In this document: positions 30,812 through 43,700 of the stretch, in pieces
How positions within the stretch are numbered: position 1 is the stretch's first letter
Layout of the letters: each line of letters begins with the position of its first letter
From: an uncultured Gemmatimonadales bacterium
Lineage (GTDB): Bacteria; Gemmatimonadota; Gemmatimonadetes; Longimicrobiales; Gaopeijiaceae
Assembly: GCA_963823035.1 (NCBI GenBank)
Contig: CAWGKG010000018.1
Location: 96,001 to 160,000 of the forward strand
Direction of reading: 5' to 3'
DNA length: 64,000 nt
The notes under the pieces: model-generated
What the model saw: the letters and a program-made list of their open reading frames with translations, nothing else
The model's database searches: none
What the model was told of the DNA's origin: nothing
Made by a program: the position numbers and the translations under genes

Positions 30812-32245
30812 TCAGGGCGCCTGGAGGCGTTCGACGGCCTCGGAAACGCGCTTCAAGGCGCGATCCATGCCCAGGACCACGAGCACCTCGAAGATGCCGG
30901 GACTGTTGGCCCGGCCGGTAAGCGCGACGCGCAAGGGATGGATCAGCTTTCCGGCTCCGACACCCATCTCCTCGGCCTGGGCCCGCAGCGCGTCCTCGAG
31001 GGCCGCTTCGGTCCACGTGGAGCGACGTAGCGCGCTCTCGACGGCGCGCAGGCGCGCGAGCGCCGCCGGAACGTCCTTCATCCAGTGCTTGGCGACCGCG
31101 TCGTCGTCGAAGGCGAGCGTGTCGCTCACGAAGGGAAGCGCCTGATCGGCCACGTCTTCCACGGTGCGCGCCCGTACCTTGAGCAGGTCCACGAGGCGGG
31201 TCATCCAGGTGTCGTCGCGCAGCCGCCCCGCGTCCACCCCGGGCCTGTCCTCCAGCCGACCGCGCACGGCACCCACGAGCTCTGCGGTCGGCTTCTCCGC
31301 GAGGTGGCGGCCGTTGAGCCAGGCCAGCTTCTCCAGGTCGAAGACCGAGCTCTTCTTCAGGATGCGATCGGGCGTGAAGGCCGCCACGAGCTCGTCGCGC
31401 GCCATCACCTCTCGCTCGTCGCCCGGGTTCCATCCCAGGAGAGCGAGGAAGTTGACCATCGCCTCGGGGAGGATCCCCTGCGTCTCGTAGTCGCCCACCG
31501 CGGTCGCCCCGTGCCGCTTCGAGAGGCGCTTGCCGTCCTGCCCGAGGATGAGGGGCACGTGTCCGAAGTGCGGCTCCGGATGTCCGAGCGCGCGGTAGAG
31601 CAGCACCTGCTTCGGCGTGTTGGAGAGGTGGTCGTCCCCCCGGACGACGTGCGTGATCGCCATCGCGTGGTCGTCCGACACCACGGCGAGGTTGTACACC
31701 GGCGAGCCGTCCGAGCGCAGGATCACGAGGTCGTCGATGTCGTCGTTGCCGAAGCGCATGTCGCCGTGCACGAGGTCCGTGAAGCACGTCTCGCCGTCCG
31801 GAACGCGGAAGCGGATCGCGAACGCCTCCCCCGCCTCGGCGCGCCGCTCCGACTCCGCGGCGCCGAGCGCGTCCGCCTTCTCGCGCGCCACGCGCGAAGG
31901 GTGCATTCCACGGCGCTCCGCCTCGGCCTTCACCTCCGCCGGATCGGCGAAGTCCCGGTAGGCCTTCCCCTCCGCGAGCAGACGAAGCGCGTCTGCGCGG
32001 TGGCGCTCCACGCCCTCGCTCTGGAAGATCGGGCCCTCGTCCCAATCGAGGCCCAGCCAGCGAAGGCCGTGCAGGATCGCCTCCGTGTGCTCGTCACGGT
32101 TGCGCTCCTGGTCCGTGTCCTCGACGCGCAGCACGAAGACCCCGCCCTCCTTGCGCGCGAGCAGCCAGTTGAAGAGCGCCGTGCGCGCGCCGCCCACGTG
32201 CAGGTACCCCGTGGGCGACGGCGCGAAGCGAACGCGGAGCGTCAT
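30812..32245 (-). CDS. gltX: Glutamate--tRNA ligase
   Basis: RFAPSPTGYLHVGGAR, RGDDHLSNT and RLSKRHGA motifs. Confidence 0.96.
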   Translation of the reverse strand: MTLRVRFAPSPTGYLHVGGARTALFNWLLARKEGGVFVLRVEDTDQERNRDEHTEAILHGLRWLGLDWDEGPIFQSEGVERHRADALRLLAEGKAYRDFADPAEVKAEAERRGMHPSRVAREKADALGAAESERRAEAGEAFAIRFRVPDGETCFTDLVHGDMRFGNDDIDDLVILRSDGSPVYNLAVVSDDHAMAITHVVRGDDHLSNTPKQVLLYRALGHPEPHFGHVPLILGQDGKRLSKRHGATAVGDYETQGILPEAMVNFLALLGWNPGDEREVMARDELVAAFTPDRILKKSSVFDLEKLAWLNGRHLAEKPTAELVGAVRGRLEDRPGVDAGRLRDDTWMTRLVDLLKVRARTVEDVADQALPFVSDTLAFDDDAVAKHWMKDVPAALARLRAVESALRRSTWTEAALEDALRAQAEEMGVGAGKLIHPLRVALTGRANSPGIFEVLVVLGMDRALKRVSEAVERLQAP

Positions 32246-34592
32246 GCCCCGCCTCCCAGACGCCCGCTCAGCAGGGCCTTCACCACCTTCGGGTCCGCGG
32301 CGCCCTTCGTGGCCTTCATCACCTCGCCCACGAACAGCCCCATCAGCTTCGCGTTGCCGGCACGGTACTCCGCCACCTTCTCGGGCCACGCGGCCAGGAC
32401 GTCGTCGACGACGGGGTTCAGCGTGTCGTGGTCCGCGACCTTCTCCAGGCCGAGGCGGGACACGATCTCGGTGGGGCTCCCCCCCTTCCGGGCCATCTCC
32501 GCGAGCACGTCCTTCGCGGCGCGCCGGGAGACGCGGCCGTCCGCGACCATGGCGGCCAGCCGCCCGAGTCCCGCCCCGCCGAAGGGAAGCTCGGACACGC
32601 TGCGGCCGTCCAGCACGCCGCGCAGGTCGTTCACCATCCAGGACGCCACGCCCATCGGATCGTCGTGCTCGGTCAGCGCGGCTTCGAAGAAGTCGGCCGC
32701 CTCCCGCGACCCGGTGAGCACGTCCGCGTCTTCGAGCGTCAGGTCCAACTCACGGACGTACCGCTCCATACGCGCGGCCAGGTCGGGATCGCCTTCGCGC
32801 AACGCCTCCCGCTCCTCGCTCACACGCGGTCCGGTGGGCGGAACCGGCTGGGTCGGCACCTGCCGGGGCGGCTTCGCCTTCGCGTCGGTGGGCCCGGCAG
32901 CGTCGGCGGCGGCCTGCCGCGACCAGGTGTCCTTCAGGCCGACGATGCGATTGAACACCAGTCGGTCGCCAGTGCCGTCCTCGGGGTCACGCCAGAAGTA
33001 GCCCGTGCGCTCGAACTGGTAGCGCGTGTCCACGGCGTCGCCCGCCACGGACGGCTCGAGCCGCGCGCCCTTCATCACCACGAGCGACTCGGGGTTGAGG
33101 TTGTCGCGCAGGTCACCACCTTCGGGGACGTCTTCGGGGTCGGGCACGCGGAACAGGCGATCGTACAGGCGTACCTCCGCCGGGAGGGCGTGGCGGGCCG
33201 ACACCCAGTGGATCGTACCCAAGCCCTTGCTCCCGGCTCCGTCCTCCTTCCCCACGCGTGAGCAGCGGAGCTCGACCACCCGCGCCGTCGTCGTCCTTCA
33301 CGCACCTCGTCGCAGCGGATCACGTACGCGTAGCGGAGACGTACCATCCCCCCCGGAACGAGACGCCGGAAGCCACGGGGCGGGTCCTCCGAGAAGTCGG
33401 CTCGCTCGATGAGCAGCTCGCGGGCGAAGGGCACCTTCCGCGATCCCTCCCGCGGCACGTCGTGCGGATAGCTCGGGGCGTCCAGCTCCTCCTCGAAGTC
33501 CTCCGCCACGTCCGTCAGCGTCACGCGCACGGGGTCGAGCACCGCCATCACCCGGGGCGCGGACCGGTTCAACACGTCACGGATCGCGAACTCGAGCTTC
33601 CCGGGATCCACCCACGACTCGGCCTTCGCCACGCCGATCATGTCGCAGAAGAGGCGGATCGCCTCCGCCGGCACACCCCGGCGTCGCAGCCCGGCGATCG
33701 TCGACATGCGCGGATCGTCCCACCCCGCGAGGTAGCCCGACTTCACCAGGGGGAGGAGCTTCCGCTTGGAGACGACCGTGTACTCGAGGTTGAGGCGGTT
33801 GAACTCGTACTGGTGCGTGCGGGGCTCCTCGAAGCCGACGTTGTCGAGCAGCCAGTCGTAGATCTCGCGGTTGTTGTCGAACTCCAGCGTGCAGAACGAG
33901 TGCGTCACGCCCTCGAAGGCGTCCTCGAGGCAGTGCGCGTAGTCGTAGAGCGGGTAGATGCACCAGTCGTCGCCCTGCCGGTAGTGGTGGGCGTGGCGGA
34001 TCCGGTACAGCACGGGGTCGCGCATGATCATGTTGGGCGACGTCATGTCGATCTTCGCCCTCAGCACGTGCGCGCCGTCCTCGAACTCCCCGGCGCGCAT
34101 GCGCTCGAAGAGGTCGAGGTTCTCCTCCACCGTGCGGTCGCGGTACGGGCCCGGCTCCCCGGGGGTGGTCACCGTGCCCCGTCCCCGGCGGATCTCCTCC
34201 TCCGGCGACGAGTCCACGTACGCCAGCCCCTTCCGGATCAGCACCTGGGCGCACGCGTACATCCGCTCGAAGTAGTCCGAGGCGAAGTAGAGGTGCTCCC
34301 CCCAGTCGAAGCCCAGCCAGCGGATGTCGTTCTGGATGGCGTCGACGTACTCGATCTCCTCGGTCTCCGGGTTCGTGTCGTCGAAGCGGAGGTGGCAACG
34401 GCCGCCGAACTCCTGCGCGACGCCGAAGTTGAGGCAGATCGCCTTGGCGTGCCCGATGTGCAGCCAGCCGTTGGGCTCGGGCGGAAAGCGCGTCACCACG
34501 CGCCCGCCGTAGCGGCCCTCCTCGGTGTGCTCCGTCACGATCTGGCGGAGGAAATCGGTCCCCGGACGCGGGGACGTCGTGGCATCACTCAT
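32242..34592 (-). CDS. glnS: Glutamine--tRNA ligase with C-terminal GatB/Yqey domain (frameshift near 33,290)
   Basis: TRFPPEPNGWLHIGH, CTLEF, VSKRKL, GTIHWVS and QFERTGYF motifs, then Yqey (GLFVGEVMKATKGAADP). Confidence 0.93.
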
Positions 34593-34757
34593 GGTCGGAC
34601 AGGGCTGAATGGACGTTCGGCGGCACGGCGCGCGGCCCCCGATGGGCGCGGACCCGAACGGGAAAGGTAGTGAATCGCCGGCCGACCGGCCCCCGGTGCT
34701 CGGGCTCCCCGTCGCATACCCGCGACCGGGCCGGACGCTCCTGGATCCGCCCCCTAG

Positions 34758-35396
34758 CTAGCCCTCGGCCCCCAGCCCCTCGTCGCTCCCCCATTCCGTG
34801 GGTCGCGGCGCCTCCCAACGGGCCAGGTCCTTGGCGCGCTTCTCGGCCCGCCGGCGCAGCGCCACGCCCACACGCAGCCACGTGCCCCAGACGATGGCCA
34901 CGGCGCACAGGAGGATGCTCGTCTTCTCCGGATCGAAGAAGTTCACGGGACGGTCGAGGAGCTTCGGATCGACGAACGCCCCGTGGATCACGAAGAGGAC
35001 CGCGCAGGCATAGGAGGCGTAGTGCACGGCCTTCCACCTTCGCCGACCCAGCCGGCGCCGCAGGTACGACGCCCCGACCAGAACGCACAGCAGGTAGAGC
35101 GCCAGGGCGCCGAGCACGTTCAGCGTGGCTTGCTGCGGCGCCGAGGAGGGCCACGCCACGTCGGCCCACGACCACCCGGCCGTGGCGCTCCACGGGAGGA
35201 TGACGGCATGCGCGACGGAGAGCACGAGCGCGATGTAGCCCGACCAGTTGTGCACCGTGAAGTAGTTGATGCGTCGGTGGGGCCAGCGCTTGTACGGGTT
35301 GTACTGCGACGACAGCAGCAGCCCGAGCAGGACGTTCAGGGTCAGGAGCCAGATGGCGAACAGCCCGAGCTGGGCGGAGATGGCCACGACGACCAT
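34758..35396 (-). CDS. Ferric-reductase-like (MsrQ-like) heme-b membrane protein
   Basis: TM helices with conserved His pairs (VHNWSG...VAHA; WKAVHY...IHG). Confidence 0.7.
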   Translation of the reverse strand: MVVVAISAQLGLFAIWLLTLNVLLGLLLSSQYNPYKRWPHRRINYFTVHNWSGYIALVLSVAHAVILPWSATAGWSWADVAWPSSAPQQATLNVLGALALYLLCVLVGASYLRRRLGRRRWKAVHYASYACAVLFVIHGAFVDPKLLDRPVNFFDPEKTSILLCAVAIVWGTWLRVGVALRRRAEKRAKDLARWEAPRPTEWGSDEGLGAEG

Positions 35397-35630
35397 GGGG
35401 CGCGTCTCGAGGGAGGGTCTTTCGGCGGTTCGAGGCCGGCAAACTGACGGCGTGCCGCGGAAGCGCGCAACTCGGCGCCGGCCCCCGTGGGCGGTCGGAC
35501 CAGTCCGGGGTTTTCGCGGGAGGGCGCGGGAACCGCGAGCCCCCGGATGCGCTACTTTCCGGAACGTCGTGGCGTCCGGGCGCACCTCGCCGAGGGCGCA
35601 TCCAATCCTCTCGTCGAAAGCCGGTCATCC

Positions 35631-37592
35631 ATGCGCATCCGACGCTTCGCCCTCGTCGGCGTCCTCCTGTCGCTCGCTCCCGTGGCGCGCCTCGCGGCCC
35701 AGGCCTCCGAGCCCGAGAAGCTCCCTCCCACCAACCAGGAGATGTTCGCGCCGTTGGACCTCCCGGACGCCAACGCCGACCGGCTCGGCACCGGCGCGCC
35801 CGGGCCAGGCTACTGGCAGCAGGAGGCCGACTACCGGATCCGGGCGACGCTCGACACCGTGCAGCACCGGATCAGCGGGACGGAGACGATCACCTACGTC
35901 AACAACTCCCCCGACGCCCTCCCCTACCTCTGGCTCCAGCTCGAGCAGAACCTCTTCGCGCCCGGAAGCCGGGGTGCGCTGATCAACTCCGGCGACAGGG
36001 CCCGTTGGCGCGGCTCCTTCCCGGGCGGCGGCGTGGAGTTGGGGAGGGTGAGCGTGACGCAGGGGGGCGAGACGTACGAGCCCGAGCGGACCGTGGACGG
36101 GACGCGCATGCGTCTCGACCTGCGCGAGCCGATGGCCGCCGCGGGCGACCGGGTGGAGGTGACCGTGGCGTGGTCGTTCGTCGTCCCCGAGTACGGCGCG
36201 GACCGGATGGGGCGCCTGCATGCGCGGCAGGGGTGGGTCTACGAGATCGCGCAGTGGTATCCCCGCATGTACGTCTACGACGACGTCGAGGGGTGGAACC
36301 CGATGCCCTACCTCGGCCAGGGCGAGTTCTACCTCGAGTACGGCGATTTCGACGTGGAGATCACGGCGCCGCGGGACCTGGTGGTGGTCGGGAGCGGCGA
36401 GCTCCTCAATCCCGAGGAGGTCCTCACCCCCGAGCAGCTACGGAGGTACCGCGCCGCGCGCACCAGCGACGAGGTCGTGTCGATCATCGGGCGCGACGAG
36501 GCAGGAGCGCCGTCGACCCGGCCCGCCGGCAACGGGGCGCTGACGTGGAAGTTCCGCATCGAGTCCTCCCGCGACTTCTCATGGGCCGCGTCGAAGGCGT
36601 TCATCTGGGACGCGACGGGTTGGGACGGAATCCTCCTCCAGTCCGCGTACCCGCAGGAGGGTATCGGCGACGACCAGAACCCGGGATGGGAGCACGCCAC
36701 CGAGTACCTGCGCCACACGATCTCCTACTACTCCACCCAGTGGTTCCACTACCCGTATCGCTCCGCGGTGAACGTGGCGGGGATCGTCGGTGGCATGGAG
36801 TACCCGGGGATCGTCTTCTGCGGCGTCGGCGCCCGCGGCCAGGGCCTCTTCGGCGTGACCGACCACGAGTTCGGGCACAACTGGTTCCCGATGGTGGTGG
36901 GCAGCGACGAGCGCCGGTACGCGTGGATGGACGAGGGTTTCAACACCTTCATCAACCACTACAGCAACCTCGACTTCTACGGCGCCGAGGCCACGCGGGC
37001 GCAGCGCACGCAGGCCGACTTCATCGCGGCGCGCATGCAGGAGCCGATCGCCGACCAGCCCATCCTCACCTACCCGGACCTGATCCGGGGGGCCGGCCTC
37101 GGCTTCCTGGCATACCGCAAGCCCGGCTTCGGGCTCGTCATGCTGCGCGAGGTGATCCTCGGGGAGGATCGCTTCGTGAAGGCGATGCGCACCTACGTGG
37201 ACGAGTGGGCGTTCAAGCACCCCAAGCCGTCCGACTTCTACCGCACCGTCGAGGAGGTGTCCGGCGAGCAGCTCGCCTGGTTCTGGCGCGGGTGGTTCCA
37301 GACCACCGAGCTCCTCGACCAGGCCGTCACCGGCGTGGACCAGGCGGCGGACGGCGCGGTGATCCATCTGCACAACGACGCCGGCCTCGTGATGCCCGTG
37401 CTGCTCGAGGTGGAGCTGAGCGACGGCCAGGTCCTGGAGCGGAAGCTCCCCGTGGAGGTCTGGGCGCGCAGCGACGCCTTCGACTTCTTCCTGGACGTCC
37501 CCGGCACGGTGGTGCGGGTCACGCTGGACGCCGACCACCAACTGCCCGACGTCGACCGCTCGGACAACGTCTGGAGGCGGATGGCGAGCTGA
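35631..37592 (+). CDS. Secreted M1 family metallopeptidase
   Basis: Signal peptide, PGPGYWQQ, GGMEYP and HEFGHNWFPM...WMDEG motifs. Confidence 0.92.
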   Translation: MRIRRFALVGVLLSLAPVARLAAQASEPEKLPPTNQEMFAPLDLPDANADRLGTGAPGPGYWQQEADYRIRATLDTVQHRISGTETITYVNNSPDALPYLWLQLEQNLFAPGSRGALINSGDRARWRGSFPGGGVELGRVSVTQGGETYEPERTVDGTRMRLDLREPMAAAGDRVEVTVAWSFVVPEYGADRMGRLHARQGWVYEIAQWYPRMYVYDDVEGWNPMPYLGQGEFYLEYGDFDVEITAPRDLVVVGSGELLNPEEVLTPEQLRRYRAARTSDEVVSIIGRDEAGAPSTRPAGNGALTWKFRIESSRDFSWAASKAFIWDATGWDGILLQSAYPQEGIGDDQNPGWEHATEYLRHTISYYSTQWFHYPYRSAVNVAGIVGGMEYPGIVFCGVGARGQGLFGVTDHEFGHNWFPMVVGSDERRYAWMDEGFNTFINHYSNLDFYGAEATRAQRTQADFIAARMQEPIADQPILTYPDLIRGAGLGFLAYRKPGFGLVMLREVILGEDRFVKAMRTYVDEWAFKHPKPSDFYRTVEEVSGEQLAWFWRGWFQTTELLDQAVTGVDQAADGAVIHLHNDAGLVMPVLLEVELSDGQVLERKLPVEVWARSDAFDFFLDVPGTVVRVTLDADHQLPDVDRSDNVWRRMAS

Positions 37593-37623
37593 AGGCGAGC
37601 GCGCGCCGCCGCCGGCGCCTGGC

Positions 37624-40600
37624 TCAGTCCCCGGGGGGAACGGCGCCCGCGGGGACGAGCGCCGGTGCGCGCACCGGTCCGCGGGCACGCGCCTTCCATC
37701 CCTCGAGCACGCCGTACGCCGCCGGCGTGATGGTCAGCACGAAGAGGGTGGACGAGAGCAGCCCGCCGATGAGGACCAGCGCGAGGGCGTCCCAGATGTT
37801 GGAGCCGGCCGGGTCTCCGAACACCACCAGGGGGGTGAGGCCCATCACCGTGGTGGCGGTCGTCATCAGGATGGGGCGTACCCGCTCGAGCGTGCCCTTC
37901 ACGATGGCGTCGTGCAGCGAGAGCAGCGCGTGCCGGGCTCGCACGCCGTTGACGTGGTCCACGAGGAGGATCGCGTTGTTGACCACGATGCCGAACATCA
38001 TGATCACCCCGACGTACGCCTCGCGCGTGAACGACGCCTCGGTGTAGAAGAAGATCAGGTACACGCCGATGAGCGCCATCGGCACGGTGAGGATCACGCA
38101 CAGCGGCTGCAGCAGCGACTCGAAGAGCGCCGCCGTCACCATGTAGACCAGGAGGAGCGCGATCGCGATCGTGACCCAGATCTGCGTGCGGTCCTCGCGG
38201 CTGATCCACCAGTAGCTGTCGCCCTTCTTCACCGTGTAGCCCGGCGGGACCTGCGTGGCCTCGATCACCCGGTCGTGCCAGAGGTCCCCGAGCTTCTGCG
38301 GACCCCGGAACTCGTAAGCGACCGTGCGCTCGTACTGCTGGTTCTCACGATGGATGCGCGCGAGGATGTCGCGCGGCGTCACCGTGACCACGTCGCCCAG
38401 TCGGATGCGCCGACCGCTCGGCGTATCGATGAGCGTCTCCGTGAGCGCCAGGACGTCCATGTCCGAGCTGTCCTCCAACTTCACCTGGTACTGCACGTCC
38501 TCACCGCCCAGCTTCAGCCAGCTGGCGCTCTGCCTGCCTTGCACGGACGCCTGCAGGCGTCCGACGAGCTCCTGCACGCTGAGGTCGTGGCGCGCCAGGC
38601 GGTCCCTGTCGATGGTGACCACGTACTCCGACGCCTTCTCGCGCTGGAAGCGGTTGGAGCCGGAGTTCGTGTCCACGTCCTGGACGCGCGCGAGCCGCGA
38701 CAGGCGCGCGCCGATGTTCTCGGCGATGTCGCGCACCTTCTCGTAGTTGTAGCCCAGGACGGTGATGGCGTAGTTGGGCGGGCTCGATCCGCCCCCGTAG
38801 AAGGAGGGACCGTACCCGTAGACGCGCACCTCGGCGCCGGTGAAGGAGTGGCTGTAGGCGAACATCTGCTCCTTGATCGCCACCGGCACCTGCGTGTTCT
38901 CGAGCGAGTCCGGGAACGTGATCTCCATGTACCCGAACTGCGGCCGGATCTGCGCCGTGTACTGCTCGACCTCTGGGATGTGCGAGAGCTTCTCCTCGAA
39001 GAAGGCCACCAGCTCGTCCGTCCGGTCGAGGTTCGAGCCCCGCGGCAGGGAGATCTGGACGCTGATGTAGGTGCGGGTGTTGAGCCCCCCTCCGAACACG
39101 GTCCACGTGGTGACGTACTTGTCGAAGAGGTGGTAGGAGCCCGTGAAGACGAGCGCTGTCACCAGGAACGACGTCCACGGGTGGCGCACCGTGAAGCCCA
39201 CCACGTCCGCGTAGAAGCGCACATACAGCGGACGGCGGGGCGTACCCGGTGACGGCACACCGCCGACGTCGTCGCCCATCGTCCCCGGCACGCCGCGTCG
39301 GAGCACCCGGGCCGCCAGCGAGGGGATGAAGGTGAACGCGACGAAGAGCGACGCCACCAGGGTGAGGCCCACCACGATCGCCAGCGGGACGTAGAACACC
39401 CGCAGCTCGCCCTGCAGGTAGACGAACGGAACGAAGACGATCAGCGTCGTGGCCGTGGACGCGAGGATCGGGAGCACCACCTCGCGCGCGCCGTCCTCGG
39501 CTGCCACGGCGGGCTCTTCCCCGCCCCGCCAGCGCCGGTAGACGTTCTCCAGGACCACGATCGCGTTGTCCACGATGAGCCCGAAGCCCATCGCCAGGCC
39601 CATGAGCGTGAGGATGTTGAGCGTGAGCCCACCGAAGTAGATCAGGTTGAGCGCGATGAGGACGCTGAACGCGATCGTGGCGAAGATGAGGGCCGCGGAG
39701 CGCAGCGATCCCAGGAACGCGAGCAGGACGACGAAGATCACAAGCGCGCTGAAGAGGGCACGCGTGCGCAGGTCGCTGAGCTGCTCCCGGATCTCCTTGC
39801 TCTCGTCGTTGTCGAGGATGAGCCGGGTGCCGTAGGGGTTGAAGCGCTCGAGCTCCGACAGGCGCACCTTCACCGCGTCGGCCACGCGCACGGTGTTCGC
39901 GCCGATCTCCTTCGTGACGGCGAAGGACACGGCGGGGCGGCCGTCGATCCGGTAGTAGCTCTGCGCCTCCTCGTAGCGGTCGTGCACCGTGGCCACGTCG
40001 CGCACGCGCACGGGCGTGCCGCGCGGCGGCCATGAGCACGGCGTTGCGCACGTCCTCGGCGTTCTCCGGGCGGTTCACGATCGTGATCGTGCGCTGCCTG
40101 TCCCCCTCCCGGACGGCGCCCACCTCCTTCACCATGTCCAGCTCCTGGATCTTCCGGCGCACCGTCGACGGGTCCAGGCCCAGGCCGGCGATCTCGGCCT
40201 CGTCCAGCTCGATCTCCAGGCGGCGCCTGCGCCCCCCGTAGACCTGCACCACCCCCACGCCGTCCACCTGGCCGATCTCCGGGGCGAGCACGTCGTCCAC
40301 GTGCGCCCGCAGGGCCTCCAGCGTATACGGTCCGGTGAAGGTGTAGCGCAGGAAGGGCTGGTTCTGCTCCTGGAACTCCTCGGGAACGTAGGGCTGCACG
40401 GTCACACGCTCGGTGCCGGGCGGCAGCTCCTCCTCGAGGGTGGCGATGCGCTCCGAGAGGTCCAGGCGCGCGAAGTCCATGTCCGTGTCGCGCGTGAACT
40501 CGACGTCGATGTCCGCCGTGCCCATGCCGTTCGACTCGTAGGAGTTCGAGATGATCTTCTCGACCCCCCTCACCTGCTGGATCACCGACTCGAGCGGCGA

Positions 40601-40786
40601 TGTCAGGAAGGCCTCCACCGTCTCCGGCGACGCCCCACGCCACATCCCCGTGACCTTGAGGCGGGGCAGCTGCGTGTCCGGAAGGAGCTCGATCGGGATG
40701 TTCCGCCAGGCGGCCACGCCAAGGAGGGCCACGGCAGCGTAGGCCATGGCCACGGCCACCGGACGGCGGATGCTCATGCGGATCAT
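37624..40786 (-). CDS. RND efflux permease (AcrB family), frameshift near 40,020
   Basis: MIRMSIRRPVAV N-terminus, VDNAIVVLEN, GIVVNNAILLVD and RVRPILMT motifs. Confidence 0.9.
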
Positions 40787-40788
40787 GG

Positions 40789-43700
40789 CTAGTCCCCCGC
40801 CTGCGTCACGGGCGCGCCGATCGACGTCTCGCCCCAGAGCCGCACGCGCGTCCGCTCCACGGTCTGGAAGACGACCGGCACCACGATCAGCGTGAGCGCG
40901 GTCGCCACCGACAGGCCACCGATCACGGCGATCGCGAGCGGCGCCCTCAGGTCCGACCCGCGGCCGATGCCGAGCGCCATCGGCAGCAACCCGAGCACGG
41001 TGGTCGCCGTTGTCATGATGATGGGGCGCAGGCGAACGCGTCCCGCCTCCAGGATCGACTCGCGCAGCGCCGTCCCGCGGGCCCGCGCCTGGACGATGAA
41101 GTCGACTTTCACGATGGCGTCGTTGACGACGATGCCGACCAGGATCACCACGCCGATCAGGCTCATCGTGTTCAGCCCCTCGCGCGTGACCAGGAGCGCG
41201 AGGACGGTGCCCACCAGCGCGAGCGGCACGGCCATGAGGATCGTGAACGGCTGCGCGAACGACTCGAACTGGGCCGCCAGGATCATGTACACGAGGATCA
41301 GGGCGAGACCGAAGGCGAAGGAGAGGTCGCGGAAGGAGCGGCGCATCTCCTCGTTCTCCCCGCCCACGTCCCAGCGCACGTCGCGCGAGCGCGGAATGGA
41401 GGAGAGCGCTCCGTTCACGTCGGCGATGGCCGCGTCCAGCCCGCCCTGCACCACGTCCGCGTACACCGGGATCACGCGCGCCTGGTCCTCACGGTGCACC
41501 TCCGCGGGCCCCACGGCTTCGCGCACGCGCACCAATTCGCGAATCGGCACGTTCTGGACGCGCAGCGCGCGCAGCGTCTCCATGGAATAGCGCTGGTCGC
41601 TCGGGTAGCGGACCACCACATCGATCTTGCGGTCGAAGTCCACGAACTCGGTCGCGTGGTCGCCCCGCATGGCGCGATCCACGGTCTCCGCCACCACACG
41701 CGGGTCGACGCCGTACGCCGCGCAGGCCGTGCGGTCGATCTCGATCTGGATCTGCGGCTGCCCGCGCTCCGTCCCGATGCGCACGTTTCCGACGGATCGC
41801 AAGGCGTCGAGGCGGCGCTCCACCTCGGCCGCGAGGGCGTAGGAGGCGTCGAGGTCCTCGCCCCGCACGCGCACGGCGATGTCGGCTTCGGCCCCGCCGA
41901 GCATCGCGCCCAACGCGGTGGCCTGACCGGTCTCGACGGAGAGCGCACCGGGCGGGAACTCGCCGGCCAGGGCGCGCATCCTGTCCGCCACGTCCTCGGA
42001 CCGGACGTGGGGCGCGGTGCGTACCTGGAAGGTCGCCGTATGCAGCCCGGAGGCCTGCTCCCCCTCGGCATAGGCGCGCACGTCCCGGCCGATGTTGCTG
42101 AAGATCGCCTCGACACCCGGATCGGCCAGCGCTGCCGATTCGATCTTCGTGGCTGCCTCCGCCGTGGCGGTGAGCGCCGTACCCTCCGGCAGCTCGAGCC
42201 GGATCTGGAAAGCGCCCTGGTCCACCTGCGGAAGGAGATCGCGCGGGAGCGTGCCTCCAAGGGCGACGGAGACCACCAGCGCCAGCCCCGCGCCGGCCAG
42301 CACGCGCGTCGGATGGTCCAACGACCACTCGAGGGCCGCGTGATAGCGCACGGTGAACCCGTCGAACAACCGGTCGAAGCCGCGGAGGAACGGCCCCGCC
42401 ATCCTCGCGAGGAGGCGGCCGATGCCGCGCCCCCAGAAGACGACCAGAGCCCTGGCGAGCGACCAACCACCGCGGGCCAGTCGCCCGGGGGCACGCACCG
42501 CCGCGCCGCCGTACCACCGGACGGTGCCCGTGAAGCCCGGCCTACGCGCACGGGCCGGGGGCGGCTCCCAGGGTGGCGCCTCCTCGCCCGTCACCGCGAA
42601 ACGCGCCGCCATGGAGGGCAGCAGGGTGAGCGCCACCACCAGGGACGCCAACAACGAGAAGGCGACGGCGAGCGAGAGGTCCTTGAAGAGCTCGCCGGCC
42701 ACGCCCTCCACGTAGATGATCGGGCCGAACACGCTGACCGTGGTGAGCGTCGACGCGGTGATCGCGCCCTGGACCTCCTCCGCGCCGAGCGAGGCTGCCG
42801 GAAGCGGGGCTGCGCCGAGCTCTTCGCGATGCCGGAAGATGTTCTCCAGCACCACGATCGAGTTGTCGACCAGCATCCCGACGCCCAACGCCAGGCCGCC
42901 CAGGCTCATGATGTTGAGGCTGACCCCGAACGCTTCCATCAGTGCGAACGTCCCCACCACGGAGATCGGGATGGCCAGGGCGATCGCCACCGGGTAGCGC
43001 GGATCCCGCAGGAAGAGGAAGAGCACCAGGAAGGCGAGGATGCCCCCGAACACCAGCGACTGCACCACGTTGGAGATCGAATCGGCGATGAAGCCGGCCT
43101 GGCTGTAGGCGACGTCGACGTGCACCGCCGGGTACTCTTCGGTGAGCTGTCCGATCACGTCGCGCACGGATTCCGCAACCCGCACCGTGTTCGCTCCCGA
43201 CTCCTTGAACACGAGCAGGCCGACGGCCTCCTTCCCCCCGTAGCGTGCGATGGCTTCCCGCTCGGCGAAGCCATCCACGACCCGGCCCACGTCCCTCAGG
43301 CGGACGAGGCGCACGCCGCCTCCCGGCTGGTCCGCCCCCGCGGCGGGCGTCGCGCCACGCTGGCCCGGTTTCTGGCGGGCGACCACGACGTCGGCGATCT
43401 CGTCCACCGTCTGGAACTCGCCCAGCGTGCGCAGGGGGTAGCGGTAGCGGCCCTGCAGGATCGTCCCGCCCGGAGCGCTCACGTTGGCGGCGTTCAGCGC
43501 CACGCCGATCTGCTCGATGGTCAGCCCGTAGGCGTCGAGGAGACGGGGGTCGACCTCCACCTGGATCTCGCGGTCGAGCCCTCCCGTGACGGAGGCCTGC
43601 GCGATACCGTCCAGCTGCTCGAGCCGACGCCGGAAGACGGTCTCCGCCAGCTCCTTCGTCTGCCAGAGGTCCTCTCCACCGACCACGCTCAGCACCATGA

